Part shown: positions 42,250 through 55,581 of the stretch, piece after piece
Numbering within the stretch: position 1 is the first letter of the stretch
Layout: each line of letters starts with the position of its first letter
Origin: Octopus sinensis
Lineage: Eukaryota
DNA: 64,000 nucleotides
Assembly (NCBI RefSeq): GCF_006345805.1
Contig: NC_043003.1
Coordinates: 99,758,001 to 99,822,000 of the forward strand
Direction of reading: 5' to 3'
Translations under genes and position numbers: made by a program
The notes under the pieces: model-generated
What the model saw: only the letters and a program-made list of their open reading frames with translations
Database searches by the model: none
What the model was told of the DNA's origin: nothing

Positions 42250-43366
42250 TGCTACAGACGCAAGTTAAAATGTAAACGAAAAAAAACATTATGCCCCTTG
42301 TTCCATCAGTTGGAATCGAACCGGCGCTCCAGTTGTTCAGGACAATGGTATTTCCTTTGTCCTGTCAAAGAGCATGGTTATTAATGGCCCCAGGCAGTGA
42401 TCTATGGCCCCCACACGGTCACGGAAAGTTTTAAAAAATAAAAATGTTGGAAAAGGATGTACACACTGCTGTCATCGATATCTCTCTTCTTCTAGCTGCT
42501 GGCCGTTATAAATACGGCTAGCATTAAGTAAAAGTTGGAGTCGGCGAGAGGCAGCCAAGGAAGATGACAGTCAGGGTCTAGAGAGAGACAGACAGTGAGT
42601 GTGAGAGATGACAGGACGAGAGGTAGTAAGCAAGATGACAGTGGCAAACTGAGATACAGAGATGACAACGAGCGGCCGGCAAGTTGTTATAGTGGGAGTT
42701 TTGTGAAGTTAAAATTGTTGCGGACGCGAGTTAAGAAGCAAATGTTCTGGTAATGTTGTTTTCTGTATGTTTTGAATTCTAATGTTTAAATGTAAATGTC
42801 TAAAAAAGAAGAAAAGAGAGAGGCTCTGACGTAACCGTTGAAAAGAAAAAAAGAGCGTGTTGTTGGCTGTTTTTAAAAGAAAAGAAAAGGAAGAAAAAAA
42901 GAACTTGGAAATGTTTTTAAAAGGAGAGGGAACCTTTTTGAAAACTGTCGTGTTAAAAAAATAAAGAGGAAAGTGAAGCTCTAAGAGACTGTTGATTGTG
43001 AACTTTGTGCTAAATGTAAAAAAAAATTATGTGTCTTAAAAAACGAACTATATTGTGTCAAATGTTAAATTATTTATTTTTCGAACTCTGTATTATGTTT
43101 AAATGCAAATGATTTGTTCTCCGAACTCTGTACATGATCTGTTAACCTTTGTTTTGAATGCTTTGGTTTTGTTTTGAAAAAAAAAATTGTTTGAATTACG
43201 CAACTTCCGCCTGTATGTCCTTTCTTTTGTTGTTATGTTGGTTCCTGGCTGCGTTCGCCGCCTTCCTCCCTTCCCGTGGTGGATTTCCGGTTTACTGAGA
43301 GACATCGTCGCGACTTAGGGCCCGTGGTGGAATCGGAAGGCCTTGGGTCTGAGTGGCGGCGTAACA
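42250..43366 (+). mobile_element. Solo LTR (1117 bp) inserted into a SINE-A copy
   Basis: Termini TGCTAC...GTAACA; 4-bp TSD ATAC (42246-42249 and 43367-43370); SINE-A head on the left (about 42205-42249) and its continuation on the right (43367-43520); TATAAATA at 42507-42514. Confidence 0.75.
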
Positions 43367-43504
43367 ATACTTTACTTTGCGTTCTGAGTTCAAATCCCGT
43401 CAACTTTACCTTTCATCCTTTTAGGATCAATAAGATAAAGTACCAGTCAAGTACTGGATGAGTCGATGTAATCAACTAGCTGTGTGCCGCTAAAATTGCT
43501 GAGC

Positions 43505-43525
43505 CTGGGCCAAAATTTGAAACCG

Positions 43526-43620
<95 letters not shown>

Positions 43621-43642
43621 GTCGTTGTCGTTGTCGTTGTTG
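43505..43642. repeat. (GTT)n(GTC)n microsatellite
   Basis: Directly visible. Confidence 0.95.
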
Positions 43643-43949
43643 TTGGGAGGGTGGATATTTTACATAGATAAAGGATTTTCGTGTGCTGAAGAAACTTAGG
43701 TTAGTGGTGTTAACCTGCGAGTTTCATCGGTGAAACAATTTTTATTGTGGCTTCAGGAGATAGTTATAATATGAAGTAGAAACGTGAGACCCTGTCTGTA
43801 AACAAGAACCTGAAACATAAAAAAATTTACGAGAATTTGTGGAGAGTATGATATTAAAAAGCAAATGGTTTCATTCATACGCAAGTCCAAGAACAAACAC
43901 GCGTCATTTTCTTTGAAATATAATGCTGGTGAAAATTCTAAATCATCTG

Positions 43950-44830
43950 TCGGTACAAGAAGCAATGAAATTTGTAAAAGATGCCAATCTTAATGAGGCA
44001 ATGATGAAAGTGGTTTATTCCCCGACGATTCTGTAGCAACAACGGCCGTTCTGTAGAAATTCAAAGTTTCAAAGTGCTGCTTCCAAGTTAATTAGGCAAA
44101 TGGGCATCAAGAATTTGGATGTTAGTAGTTAGAGTTATGGCAATTTAGAAATCACCGTAGAAGGGTTTATAAAATTGCTAATAGTAAAACAGGCAGCGAA
44201 ACAACCGCGAAATCTAACCATTCTAAACGAGGTTAATTAAGAGTGAAAAGATCTTAATTTTCCAAAGGTATTATGGAAACGAAACTGGGTTGTGCTGTCA
44301 TTGGCTCCACAAGAACACACAAGCTTTTTATTATAATGACACCTCTACACCTGCTTGTAAATTAAGGAACGCTTTTCAGCTGATGGTGTGCGCCGTTTAA
44401 AGTTAACGGTAGCTACGAGGTAAACACATCCACGCGTTTTGAAGGACAATACAGTTGCTCTCAGTCTATTATTAAACACTCAAAGCCACCAGTATTCAGC
44501 ATGCATGTCCTTAATGACATTTTTGCTGCAATGTGTAAATAGCAGGAAGGTGTTCTTAAACTTTATGTTCGTGAGTTGAAGATGCTACTAATTTCGATCA
44601 GCTGGCAACCAGCTGTTCGCCCAGATGACTACCAACTTCACTGTAATGACGATTAATAAATAAAGTGCATGATCTGTTTGTCCAGTATTACCTCCACAAT
44701 TCAACCAATTGATTAAGATATAATTGTGACCTGCAAGAGATTATACCAACGAAAATATTTGGATGAAATTCTCGTGATGATCGAAGAGAACGATTTTATA
44801 GAAGACACACGATTCGTAATATTCATTTTA
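43950..44830 (+). pseudogene. Highly decayed pogo/Tigger-type transposase
   Basis: Colinear remnants read by hand: YGNETGL (44275), KERF (44365), HPRVLK (44428), QPID*DII..KRLYQRKYLDEIL (44702). Not present in the ORF track. Confidence 0.5.
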
Positions 44831-45477
44831 GCAGCTTCGTAGAAGGCACTGAATATTACTATTATAACTTACTTAAGTCTATCATGAACTCGGAGGTCGT
44901 AGCTCAATCCAGTTTTTATGGCGTAAAAGTGGCTGAAACTGCAATACTACCTCCTGGACAGAACGCCGATCAACTGCAGAGTTATCTTCCCAGCTATTGC
45001 TGGAACTCACATTTGAGGCAACTGGAGCAAGGTGAAATGAAGTGTTTTGCTCAAGACCACTACACTTCATCCAGTCTAAAGATTGAAACCACAATCTTAC
45101 GATCGTGATTGCAACGCCCTAACCACTAGGCCACACACTATTCAAATTAATGCTTCGAAAATGTTATGCGTAGATAGAATACAATTCGAAGACATTCAAC
45201 GTAAGGGATCTTCCTCGTATAACTGAGAGAAAATCGAAACATGTAATAAAATTGATGTCAAAACCTAGATGGAAGACACAGAGGGTGACCCTAGATATCA
45301 AGTGTTAACAGGAGCGAATGAATTTCTCTTTGGTGACAGGAAAGATAGTGAGGTTCATGAAAATGACGAACCATTACAGAAGAGACCTAAACTTTCTGTT
45401 ATTCAAGAAACCATTGATAATGTCATTTTGTACATTGGCTTGTCAACAGTAATAGACGTTCACCAATATTATCAATA

Positions 45478-45639
45478 CAGGTGCAGATGTGACTGTGTGG
45501 TAAGAAGCTTGCTTCTCAACTATGTGTTTCTAGGTCCAGTCCCATTTCGTGGCACGTTGAGCAAGTGTCTTCTACTATAGCTTCGAGCCGATCAAAGTCT
45601 TGTAAGTGGATTTGGTAGATGGAAACTGAAAGAAGCCCG

Positions 45640-45705
<66 letters not shown>
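45478..45705 (+). mobile_element. SINE family B head + (GT)n
   Basis: gtgtggtaagaagcttgcttc..tRNA-like head, gagcaagtgtcttctactatagc..gtggatttggtaga..aactgaaagaagcccgtcg(tg)n. Confidence 0.7.
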
Positions 45706-45707
<2 letters not shown>

Positions 45708-46129
45708 ATTTGTTATTAACGACAGAAGCAGTATTAATTCAGAATAGAATTTTGGATGTCTTGCTTAACGTGGATATTCTGTACAAAGCTATAAAACAGC
45801 ATTATTCATCTTGGGAAGCCATCTCATATAGAAGTATAGTGCTAAAAGCACGCAAAAGCACAGAAGTGAATCAGTAGCGGTCGAAATGCATCCAATAGAA
45901 ATCCCGGGTTTAGCAATTCCACCACACCACCTGGACACATTTCGTCTGTTATTGATACGTTTTTGTGCTTTTTAACACTATACTTTTATGCCAGATGCTT
46001 TCTCAAGACAAATATTGAAGTGTTCTGATTTTCTACAGTATATCCACTTTAAGTAAAATATATAGACTATGTGTATGTGTGTGTTTGTGTCTGTCTGTCC
46101 GTGCGTGTGTGTGTGAGTGCGTATGAAAC

Positions 46130-47545
46130 CCTGTGCTCATCAGGGGCAGCCGTTATGGAATGAAATATGGTGACTATTCCCTATTGTTGGGGGATGCGTA
46201 GGTACATCCGGTTGCTGTGAAAAAGATAATGAAACGAATCGAGCAAGGGATTGAATTAAGAGTTATGTCCCTTGGTACTCAAACATCGTCTCTGAGGGTG
46301 GTGTTGTTGCAAATCGGCAAGAGTTTTCTAGAAAAGAGTTATATCTTTAAAGTTGGTGTTCTTGTGGAAATGGAATGTGTATAGTGGTACTATATGTATA
46401 GCTTTTACGGTGTACGGGACATAGTTGGGAGACTGGTAATTATAGTCAGGTATTATAAAATGTACTTCCTTTCGTTTGGGCAAGGATAAAAATTTCACTT
46501 CTGCCATTCAGGTAAATGCCTTGGTGTTGGGTGGTCTTTAAAATCGCTCTTTCACCAGCCAAACATAATTTGCACTTCCTATTGTTATTGAAGAACGCTT
46601 TACATTTCTCTAGAATCTTCCTCTTAATGCTGTACTTAGTGGTACTTTCTTTCAATCACCATAAGTGCTTGGCCAGGGTTGTATAGTTACGTCACTCTGG
46701 GGTTTTGAAGGCGGACTTGTGGTTGTTTTAATAGGTTCTTAAGGGGCCTTCAGTTTCTCCCACATACTTTCGCACATTTGGTTGCCCATTTAGTCTTATT
46801 ACTGTTACCTCTGCCTCGTATACGACGGTCTCCGTGGTACAGTGGCCGTTCAGTGGACATGTTGTATTACTACTACATGAGCACACCACGCCTGTCTCAG
46901 GTGTGGACCTACCAACTAAAATCTTTTTTACATTGGTGCACAGCTAAAGGAAATTCTCAGGGTGTGCCTATTAAATATTTTGTTGAACCTATTTGTACGG
47001 AGAATTGCTTGTCTACTAAGTTAAGAAAAATGTTACTTACTCGGATTTTAACACTTAAAGGTGATGTGAACCACAGCAATTTTCAGTGGCGCTTTCTCTT
47101 AGAAGGGTTTCTCTTGGCGTGCCACTAATTCTATTCTTGAAACCACTGGCGGCCAGAGCTTAATTGTAGTACGGGGCGGCAGCATCAAAAATGTCTTTGC
47201 TTGAAGATAGGTTGGAGATTCTTCTACTAATGCCCTTTACTAGGTTCATGAATGAGAGGAACCTGTGTTGATATATGACAGCTTATTATTTGGCTTCCTA
47301 AAGGGTCTATAGGCACCGGACTATAGCCTCCTTGATGTGAACCTGGACTTGCAACCCGGTGCCTGTAGAGCTTTTAGGAAGTCAAATGAGAAGTTATAAT
47401 ATGTTAATACAGTTTCCTATCATCCAGCCATACTTTTCAAGAACCTGGTACAGGATGTCAGTAAAAGAATCTTTAACATATCTTCAAGCAAAGATATTTT
47501 TTTATGCTGTCACCCCGTACTACAATGAAGCTGAGAAAACAGGTA
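46130..47545 (-). mobile_element. Penelope-like element, decayed (thumb + GIY-YIG), with 5' fold-back
   Basis: Minus strand: YRPFRKPNNKLSYIN..ISRRISNLSSSKDIFDAAAPYYN; CTTETVVYEAEV..YVGETEG..NNHKSAF..LAKHLW..KCKLCL..LNGRSE. An inverted copy of the thumb lies at 47356-47532. Confidence 0.75.
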
Positions 47546-47739
47546 TTCTGATTGCGTCCGCATACAGGAATTCATCTATATTTGTTTGAACAGACGGCTA
47601 TGTGAAGATGTTGAAGCCTATGGTCAATCCTTGGCTGGAAAGTTGCTGCTGGAAGACTATATAAGTGGCAGAAGAATTCGTCTTCATACCATACCTCTGA
47701 AAAGAGTTAGAAGTGGTTGTCAGAGAATTTCTAGGAATT

Positions 47740-47974
47740 CACCAGCCCCTGCTTATAGCCTTCTAATTCTTTCAATTGTAACCCCATGAATTACTATGTG
47801 TGGGGCGCAGTTGAGAAAGACACCAACCGCTCTGCCTGCAACACCAAGGCCGAGCTGGTTGCCATGATCAAGAGGTGTTCGAAGATCTTCCAGAGTACAG
47901 TGAGGAACGCATGCACCAAGGTCCGAAGCCGTCTTGAGGCAGTGGTGGTAGCTGAGGTCGTCTACTTTGAGTAA
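47740..47974 (+). pseudogene. Tc1/mariner-superfamily transposase C-terminal fragment
   Basis: ..NCNPMNYYVWGAVEKDTN..NTKAEL..VRNAC..VRSRLEAVV..GxYFE-like stop; matches the end of SPDLNP-type transposases. Confidence 0.65.
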
Positions 47975-48819
47975 AGTGTTATCTTCTAGCTATAGTCTAG
48001 CTGATATTTTTTCATCTTTTAAAAATACTTTTATTTTTGGATGGAATATTGTGTTTACTTTTCTTTTTCTGCGAATATCTACAGTATAGCTGAGTTGGGA
48101 TTCGAAACCGAATCAACATTGTCAAGTAAATGTTCAACTTATTCTTTTCGCCTTTCTGCACTCAGACCTTCTCCAGTCATAGAAAAGATCAGAATAGATA
48201 TAGAGAAGAAATTCTATTGTTCTCAGTTGACTTACTTTAATTAGCAACATTATAAAAACACAAGCAAAAAGCTATCTTCCCCTTTTGGTAACTCGGCGCC
48301 AACCAAGTGTATTCGACAGGCCTCTAGTTAAAGAATAATGCACGAGAATAGACTTACTCTCTTTCTAATTATAAAGGCACTATCATTCTTTCATTCTCTC
48401 TAGCAACACAGAGATGAAACTAATTTCCACACAGAATGAACTATGGAACCAGAGTATATTTGACTGCAACAAACAAATAGCATGTGTACACAAGCAGCTC
48501 GCCGCAGTAATGTATTTCTTATATATTGTAATGACTAATATTAAAATCTATTTAATAAATGACCACATTAATAATCAAATAATATTGTTCCTTCAATCAT
48601 TTCTCCTCTGCATTATGGCATTAAAACTTAGTTGTCGTTACTTATCTTTTGACGCGTGTCGCTTTATCTCCTCTAGATTTATTGGTAACTCTCTTACAAT
48701 ATTCCACATTATGTGTTTAATTTCCCCTTCGGCTCTTAGGGCTTCTATTACCTGGATAGGCCGTCAGCATGTCCTAGCTTTTTTCAAAGGTAAATATTTC
48801 ATTGCGTGGTCGTAGTTTA

Positions 48820-49500
48820 GTAGTACGGTGCCCCATCGCTGCAACCTGTTTGATGTATGTACTGGGATTCCTTTCTTGGATCGATGAATCATTAACAATG
48901 GGTGATGGTCTGTTTGTAGTCTAAACCGTCTACCAATGTAACTTTTTTTATACCAAATATAATCGTCAATGCCTCTTTTTCAATTTTGCCATAATTTTTT
49001 CTCTGACAAAAGCGTCCTTGAATCGTGAGCTAGGGCCTTTTGGCTGCCGTCTTCACATTTGTGCAGGAGTACGGTACCTACCCCGTACTCATTAGCATAT
49101 GTTGCCAGTATCGTTTCCAACTTCGGATCGAAATGTGTAAGCGACAAGTCTGGAGTTAACATGCATTTTAGTTCCTCAAATGCCATCTGGCATTTTTCCG
49201 ACCAAAACCATTTTACATACTTGTTTAACAGCTCGTTTACAGGAATCTTGTGTTATGCATTGTTCGGTATATATATATTTGTAGTAGTTTACCAAGCCTA
49301 AAAGTGACTTTGGAACGTCTACCTTGACGGTAACTCGAACTCGTATATATCACGTAACTGACACGGACTCCAATTGAGAACTCGTACAACGACTCTACTA
49401 CTACTACTGACTTTCTACAACGACTGACTGTCTGACTTTATAGTCGCTGCTTCATACCACTTTGTCACGTGGGAAAGGGAGTACCATTTTTACTACAACA
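48820..49500 (-). mobile_element. Gypsy remnant: LTR (49280-49500) + RT connection/RNase H fragment
   Basis: LTR TGTTGTAG...ACTACA; FEELKCML..LTHFDP..ANEYGVGTVLLH; ..RLQRWGTVLLNY. Confidence 0.75.
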
Positions 49501-49681
49501 ACGATCCAATATGATCGTGTAATTTACTTGTCATTCTGAACCACTATCTCTGAGGCTGTCCCATACCAAGTTTTTGCTCCATCCAATCCATACTTGCCAC
49601 ACATCTCCCAATGAATCATTCTAGCAGCATTATCGTGTCCTCCTTCCTATTCTGTTTGAGCAGTCATTCACTTTGTGCCAT

Positions 49682-49890
49682 GGCGGCAAACTGTCAGACT
49701 CATTAGCGCGTCAGACAAAATACTTAACTGTATTTCTTTCGGCTCTTAACATTCTGAATTCAAATTCCACCGAGTCAGTTTTGCCTTTCATCCTTTCGAG
49801 ATCGATGAAATAAAGTATCAATCAAGTACTGAAATCGATGTACTCGACTTTCTCCTTTCACTCAAAATTGCGTACTTTTTGCCAAAATTA
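49682..49890 (+). mobile_element. SINE family A
   Basis: ggcggcaaactgtcagactcattagc..ctgaattcaaattccacc..tttgcctttcatcctttcgagatcgatgaaataaagta. Confidence 0.75.
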
Positions 49891-51166
49891 AAAAAACTTA
49901 TTATTATCATTATTGTTGTTGTTACTATTGCTGTATGTTAAAGCGAACGTGACAGAGCTTAATGAAAATGTTATCTTAACTGGATTACCTGATGGAAATG
50001 TTTTTTGCTCGCTTTACTAAAAGAAGATATTCGGGTTGTCTGAGATTCCTCTCTATTACTCGGGTAAAAGACAGTTTTTGTCTCTAAATATTTTAAACTG
50101 TTAATATACTTTGAACAAGTAACTATTTGTATGGTTATTCGTGATGCAAAATGAGCTCCGAAGTAGCAAGAAGAGATACTTGCTACAATGGCGATATCTG
50201 TAGCTTCAATAACTTCAGCTAACATGCCTTCAATTTATTTTCAAAAGGGACAGAATTCAAAATGAGATACAAAAACTCAGACAATGCAAACAATCAAATT
50301 TAGTTTCTAATTTAAAAACTTATTACGCAAACGACGACAGCAACACCACCAACAACAATAACTAAATTTCATAATTTTTAAATACTGTGGGTCAAAAGCA
50401 AAGACCCGATCTGAATCAGGTCAAGAAAAAGACGGAATGGACGAGGTGTGAGAAAAAGCTGATATCTTTTTGCCCAATGGGCAAAGGAAAGATCATATAC
50501 ACCATAAGCCTTGGCTGATATTTTGCAGTAGTGTACTTCATTAATTGGAACTAAGCAAATGAAAGCACGTCCCTGGTCTTTAACACCAAGAATCAAACCA
50601 GGAGACAAGTTAAGCTAGTATAGCACAAACCTGCCTGCAAACTGGTTCCATAGTACATGGATCTCAGGAATGTACAGCCAAAGACATGGTCCCTTGGCAT
50701 ACTATCATTTGTGCAACAATATGGACATACATTGAGCAGGAAATGTCCAGCAACAAATATAGTTGGTTGAAATCAGTGTGAAGATCCAGGTTGTGATGAA
50801 CCTCAAAGACTACAAGGCTATCCAGAAACTATACCTCCTTTAGGGAGGAAAAGGAGTCAATCATGATGGTGATGTAGGGCAGAAGGTGCAGCTACTACAC
50901 GCGTATGGTAGTAAAGACGCCAATTCTTCCTACCCAGAATGCAGTTCTATGGAATCCCTTCCTTGCTCCCATCTTATAAGCTAGTCTTCTTGCTAAAAGC
51001 CTGACTTCATATTGTTATCATTTTGGCGAGGCGCAGAGATTTGTCCCTGGACTGCTAAAGGTCACATTCTCTCCACATTTAATTATAACAGCACTCTGTA
51101 TAAATTCACAACAATTCTGTGTGCATCTTTATTCATCTAGGTTCTACTGTTACTATCAGATTATGC

Positions 51167-51205
51167 TTCACTGATGAGGTACATTAACACCGAAACATGT
51201 ATGGA
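51167..51205 (+). ncRNA. Minimal type I hammerhead ribozyme candidate
   Basis: UUCA|CUGAUGA|GGU-acauuaac-ACC|GAAA|CAUG|UA|UGGA. All core nucleotides are canonical; 4-bp stem I, 3-bp stem II, palindromic ACAUGU. Confidence 0.7.
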
Positions 51206-52819
51206 TTGTCTCCATACTATTAAAGATCAAACTTACTTCCTGCTTCATTCCATTTTTAAGCAAAATCTGGGTGCTGTCTCTCCTATTTTTTAACAGAATT
51301 AGTCATTTACATAATAATTATTCTCATCACTATGGATGTAATTTTAATGAATTCTAATAAAATATATTGCCTTACGAAACCAAAATATGTCAACATTCAC
51401 TTAATTTATTAAAGATTATGGTAAAGGTAACAAGAACCCATTGGGTGTTTTCTCCACTCATACTCCTATCGAGATATAGTTATATGCATACTATATTTAA
51501 AAACTTAACCATCTTTAGTGAAAAGAAACGGATTTGGAAAATTTTTCAGTTTCGGTGTGCCTGAAGTTGACGCGTACGTCGTTTTTATTTATACCTTGCA
51601 GGCTGAAAGGCCTTTACTTAAGGTTGTATCATTTTGATGCATTTTTATTTGAAGTTTCTTAAGTGTTCTTACAAAAAGGTATCCAACTCTAACTAAGCCG
51701 CAATAGTGCAAACAATGGGAGGTAAGGCAAAGATGCCGTGGCGTAACTATAGACACAAAGGTTAGGGCCACTCGTAGCTGTGGGATTCCGAAACAGATGA
51801 ATACTGGATTTTTAGTGACACCATCTCAAGTATTTCTATGTCTCCTGTGCACTTATATTAGATAGTTGTTGACCTAAGTTGAATTCATCTACCCTTTTGA
51901 TAAGGCTTATATTTGTTCTGCTAAGTTTCTACCAAACCTCCTCTCCAGACTAGCCTAGTGCAGTGGTGGGGAGCTAAGTTGGTTACCAACGATCCAGGCG
52001 TGTAAGATTCCTTTTACTAGATTTTATGATAGCGTAGCATTCAGGGTAGCTTAACAATGAAGTAGTTGCATAGTCGATTGGAATGAACCTTCACCACTTA
52101 ATCATGTTATCAAACCAAGAAGTCTGAGACAGTAAGTCAAACTCTTGCAGAATTTCGAGCTTTAATTCTAATTTGGTCGCTATTTGCCAAATTTCCAATT
52201 TTGAGACAATTTGGAGAGAATAGGGTTAGGATCTAAAGAAATATCCGTTATACACAAGAGCCTTGTTTCAGGGTGGGGCACCAGGGGACAAGTCCCCCCA
52301 CTTTTTCAGGAATGAAGAACAAACCATCATTTGTCCCCTTACTTTTTCCCAATTAAAAAACAAAAAAAATCCCACTAACAAGTCCTACATATGTATAATA
52401 CATATTTTCACATGTTTATTTATGTGCATATATTTATATGAATATATATAAACCTTAAGTTGCCATCGGTATTGAATTTATTTCGTTCGATATTTACATT
52501 CATTTGCTAAAAAGTAAAAAAGATGAATTCGTCAATAATCTGAATGAGAACATTTTTATATGTATTTGTCTCACTAAGTAAATATAGATAAATAAACATA
52601 CATTGTTTATCGACTGGAAATGCAAATAATTTTATTTTCTACTCTTGAATTTCAGCTGCTTCTGTTTTTTCGTAGTATATAATATCCTCAGTTGTTAACA
52701 TCGTAGTATATAATATCCTCAGTTGTTAACATCTAAGATAACATTTTTCAAGTGAGCTTTTCTGTACATGCAATATATGATATTCTCCTGCAGGCTACCT
52801 CTAAGATGAATGACAAAGA

Positions 52820-54992
52820 GCTCATCTTCGGCCGGGGATTTAAATAAGCATGTCGGGCGGCAGCCCAGTATTTTCTATGGTATACATGGGGACCATGGAA
52901 TTGGTTCATGAAACGAAGAAGGAACAAGGCGACTGGAGTTCTGTGATGCAAATAACCTTTTGATCTTCAACACCAACTTCAGGAAGCCAGCCAGCCACCT
53001 GATAACCTACCAATCAGGTGACTGTACTAACCAGATCGATTACATTCTCACCAGGCAGTGAGATGCATGGTTGCTTTTAAATACAAAGACCCTCTCTGGT
53101 GAAGAATGCATCCCCTGATAGACTAGCCATTGGTAATTTTAGACTCCAGGCCAAAAGGATGCCAAGAAGCAGACCAATCTGGAAAAAAAAGAATTTGGAA
53201 GCTTAAGGACCCTTCAAGTGCTCAGAGATTTAGGGACATCCTAATTGAGAAATTTGATGAAAGCGAGGAGGATTTACAAACTTACGACATAGACGGAAAC
53301 TGGGAATTCCTACGGGACAGCTTGCTGAGTGCCACAGACCAAATCTGTGGGTGGTGTAAAGTTCCAATCAGACCTAGGGTAACGTGGTGGTGGAACGATG
53401 CGGTAGACAAGGCTATTAGAACAAAGAAACAGACCTAGAAAGACTGGAAGAGTGTGGGCTGCAGGGAACTGTATCAGATAGTCAGAAGGGAAGCTAAAAG
53501 ACAGGTATATCTAGCCAAGGGAGAAGATGAATAGAAGATGACAGTACTTTTGTAGATAAAACAATTAAGGATATGAAGACAAAGAAAGACCCTGGTCCAT
53601 CGGGAATCACCGCAGCGATGCTTAAAATATCTGGTGGTGTGGGTTATGGTCTAGTTACCTGTATTGTAAATCAGATGGTCCACGAAGGAGTTATACCCAA
53701 TGACTGGTGTAGCAGCACCACAGTCAACTGCTACAAAGGTAAATGTGATGTCTTAGATAGAAATAATTACAGAGGTATCAAAGGATCGATGCTCAGTCCC
53801 CTCTTATTCATCATAGTCCTCCAGGCAATAACAGAGGAATTTAATACAGGATGTCCCTGGGAGCTCCTCTATGCTGATGACCTTGTTCTTTCCTATAGCA
53901 AAATCACTACCAGAACTAGAGAAGTTCCAAGTACGGAAGCAAAGTCTAGAATCTAAGAACCTTAGAGTTAACCTAGCAGAAAACAAAGTCTTAGCAAGTA
54001 GGAAAGCAGACATATCACAAATCCCTTCAGGTAGATGGCCATGCTGGATCTATAGAAAAGGCATTGGTAGAAACTCTATAAGATGTACCCGGTGTAAGCT
54101 GTGGATACATAAGAGGTGCAGCAATATCAAAGGAAGGTTAACAGGGAAACGAATTTTTTGTATGTGGAAGACGCACAGGTACAATAAACGCTGAAAATGT
54201 GCAGAAAATAGACTCCATCAACTGCCAGTGGGACAAGCTAGAGGTAGTAAACAGCTTCTGTTATCTAAGTGACCGAGTTAGTGGTGGAGGTAGATGCTCT
54301 GAGAGTGTAACTGCTGGCAATAAGGAGCCTCTCCCTCAGAGTGAAAGGCAGATTGTATGATGCCTGTGTGCGAACAGCTATGCTACATGGCAGTGAAACA
54401 TGGGCTGTGACAACCGAGGACATGCGTAGGCTTGAAAGAAATGAAGCCAGTATGCTTCGCTGGATGTGTAATGTCAGTGTACATGTACGACAGAGTGTAA
54501 GCATCTTGAGAGAAAAGTTGAGCATAAGAAGCATCAGATGTGGTATGTAAGAGAGATGACAGCACTGGTATGGTCATGTGATGTGTATGGATGAGGACAG
54601 CTTTATGAAGAAGGACTGATTTCTAACTGTGGAGGGAACCTGTGGAAGAGGTAGACCCAAGGAAGACATGGAATGAGGTAGTGAAGCATGACCTTCGAAC
54701 TTTGAGCTTCACAGAATCAATGATTTGTGACCAAAACCTTTGGCGATATACTGTGCTTGAGAAGACCTGTCAAGCTAAGTGAAATCATAGTCATGGTCGA
54801 TGCTGGTGTCACGTAACTACGACCCGTCTCGGTGGCACGTAAAAGCGTTAGGAAGGGTATCTAACCGTAGAAAGCCGTGCCAAATCAGACTGAAGTCTGG
54901 TGCAGCCTTCCAGCCTTGCCAGCCCCGGTCAAACCGTCGAACCTATCCCATATGGACAATGGACGTTAACTGATAATGATGATGATGATGAT
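52820..54992 (+). mobile_element. RTE-clade LINE, 5'-truncated and internally deleted
   Basis: APE C-terminus (LEFCDANNL..NTNFRKPASHLITY..QIDYIL); KDPGPSG; GSMLSPLLFIIVL; LLYADDLV; RLYDACVRTAMLHGSETW; RWYGHV; 3' UTR ending ggacgttaac(tga)n. Confidence 0.85.
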
Positions 54993-54996
54993 TGTG

Positions 54997-55072
<76 letters not shown>

Positions 55073-55084
55073 CATCATCATTAC

Positions 55085-55153
<69 letters not shown>

Positions 55154-55157
<4 letters not shown>

Positions 55158-55581
55158 TAGTTTTATTTTTATAGCGTGCTTTCACTTCACTACCGAGCGC
55201 AGCTCTGTGTGCCTTGGGTATGCGCTGTGATTTGTTGTGATGCTCTGATGGTTATTGTATGGAAAGTGTTCTGCGTAGGATGTGTGCAGTGCCTAGTAGT
55301 GCAATTTTCTGTATGTTATATGTGTTTGTAAGTCCTGGTGTTTTTGTTATGTATTTGTCTGAATATTTTTTTATCATGCCTAATGCACCTACTATGATAG
55401 GGATTATTTCTGTTTTTAGATTCCACATTCTGGTTACCTCTATTTCCAGATCTTTGTATTTTAAAAAGTTTCTCCATTTCTTTTAGAGACACGTTGTCAT
55501 CTGCCGGTATTGATACATCAATTAGAAAGCATTTTTTTTCTTCATGATCTCTGACAACTATATCTGGTCTGTTGGCCTTAA

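Noticed and set aside
46120-46150. Minus-strand cccCUGAUGAGcac at the 3' end of the 46-kb PLE
   Set aside because: The position suits a pLTR hammerhead, but the GAAA/UH half is missing before the (GT)n-like run.
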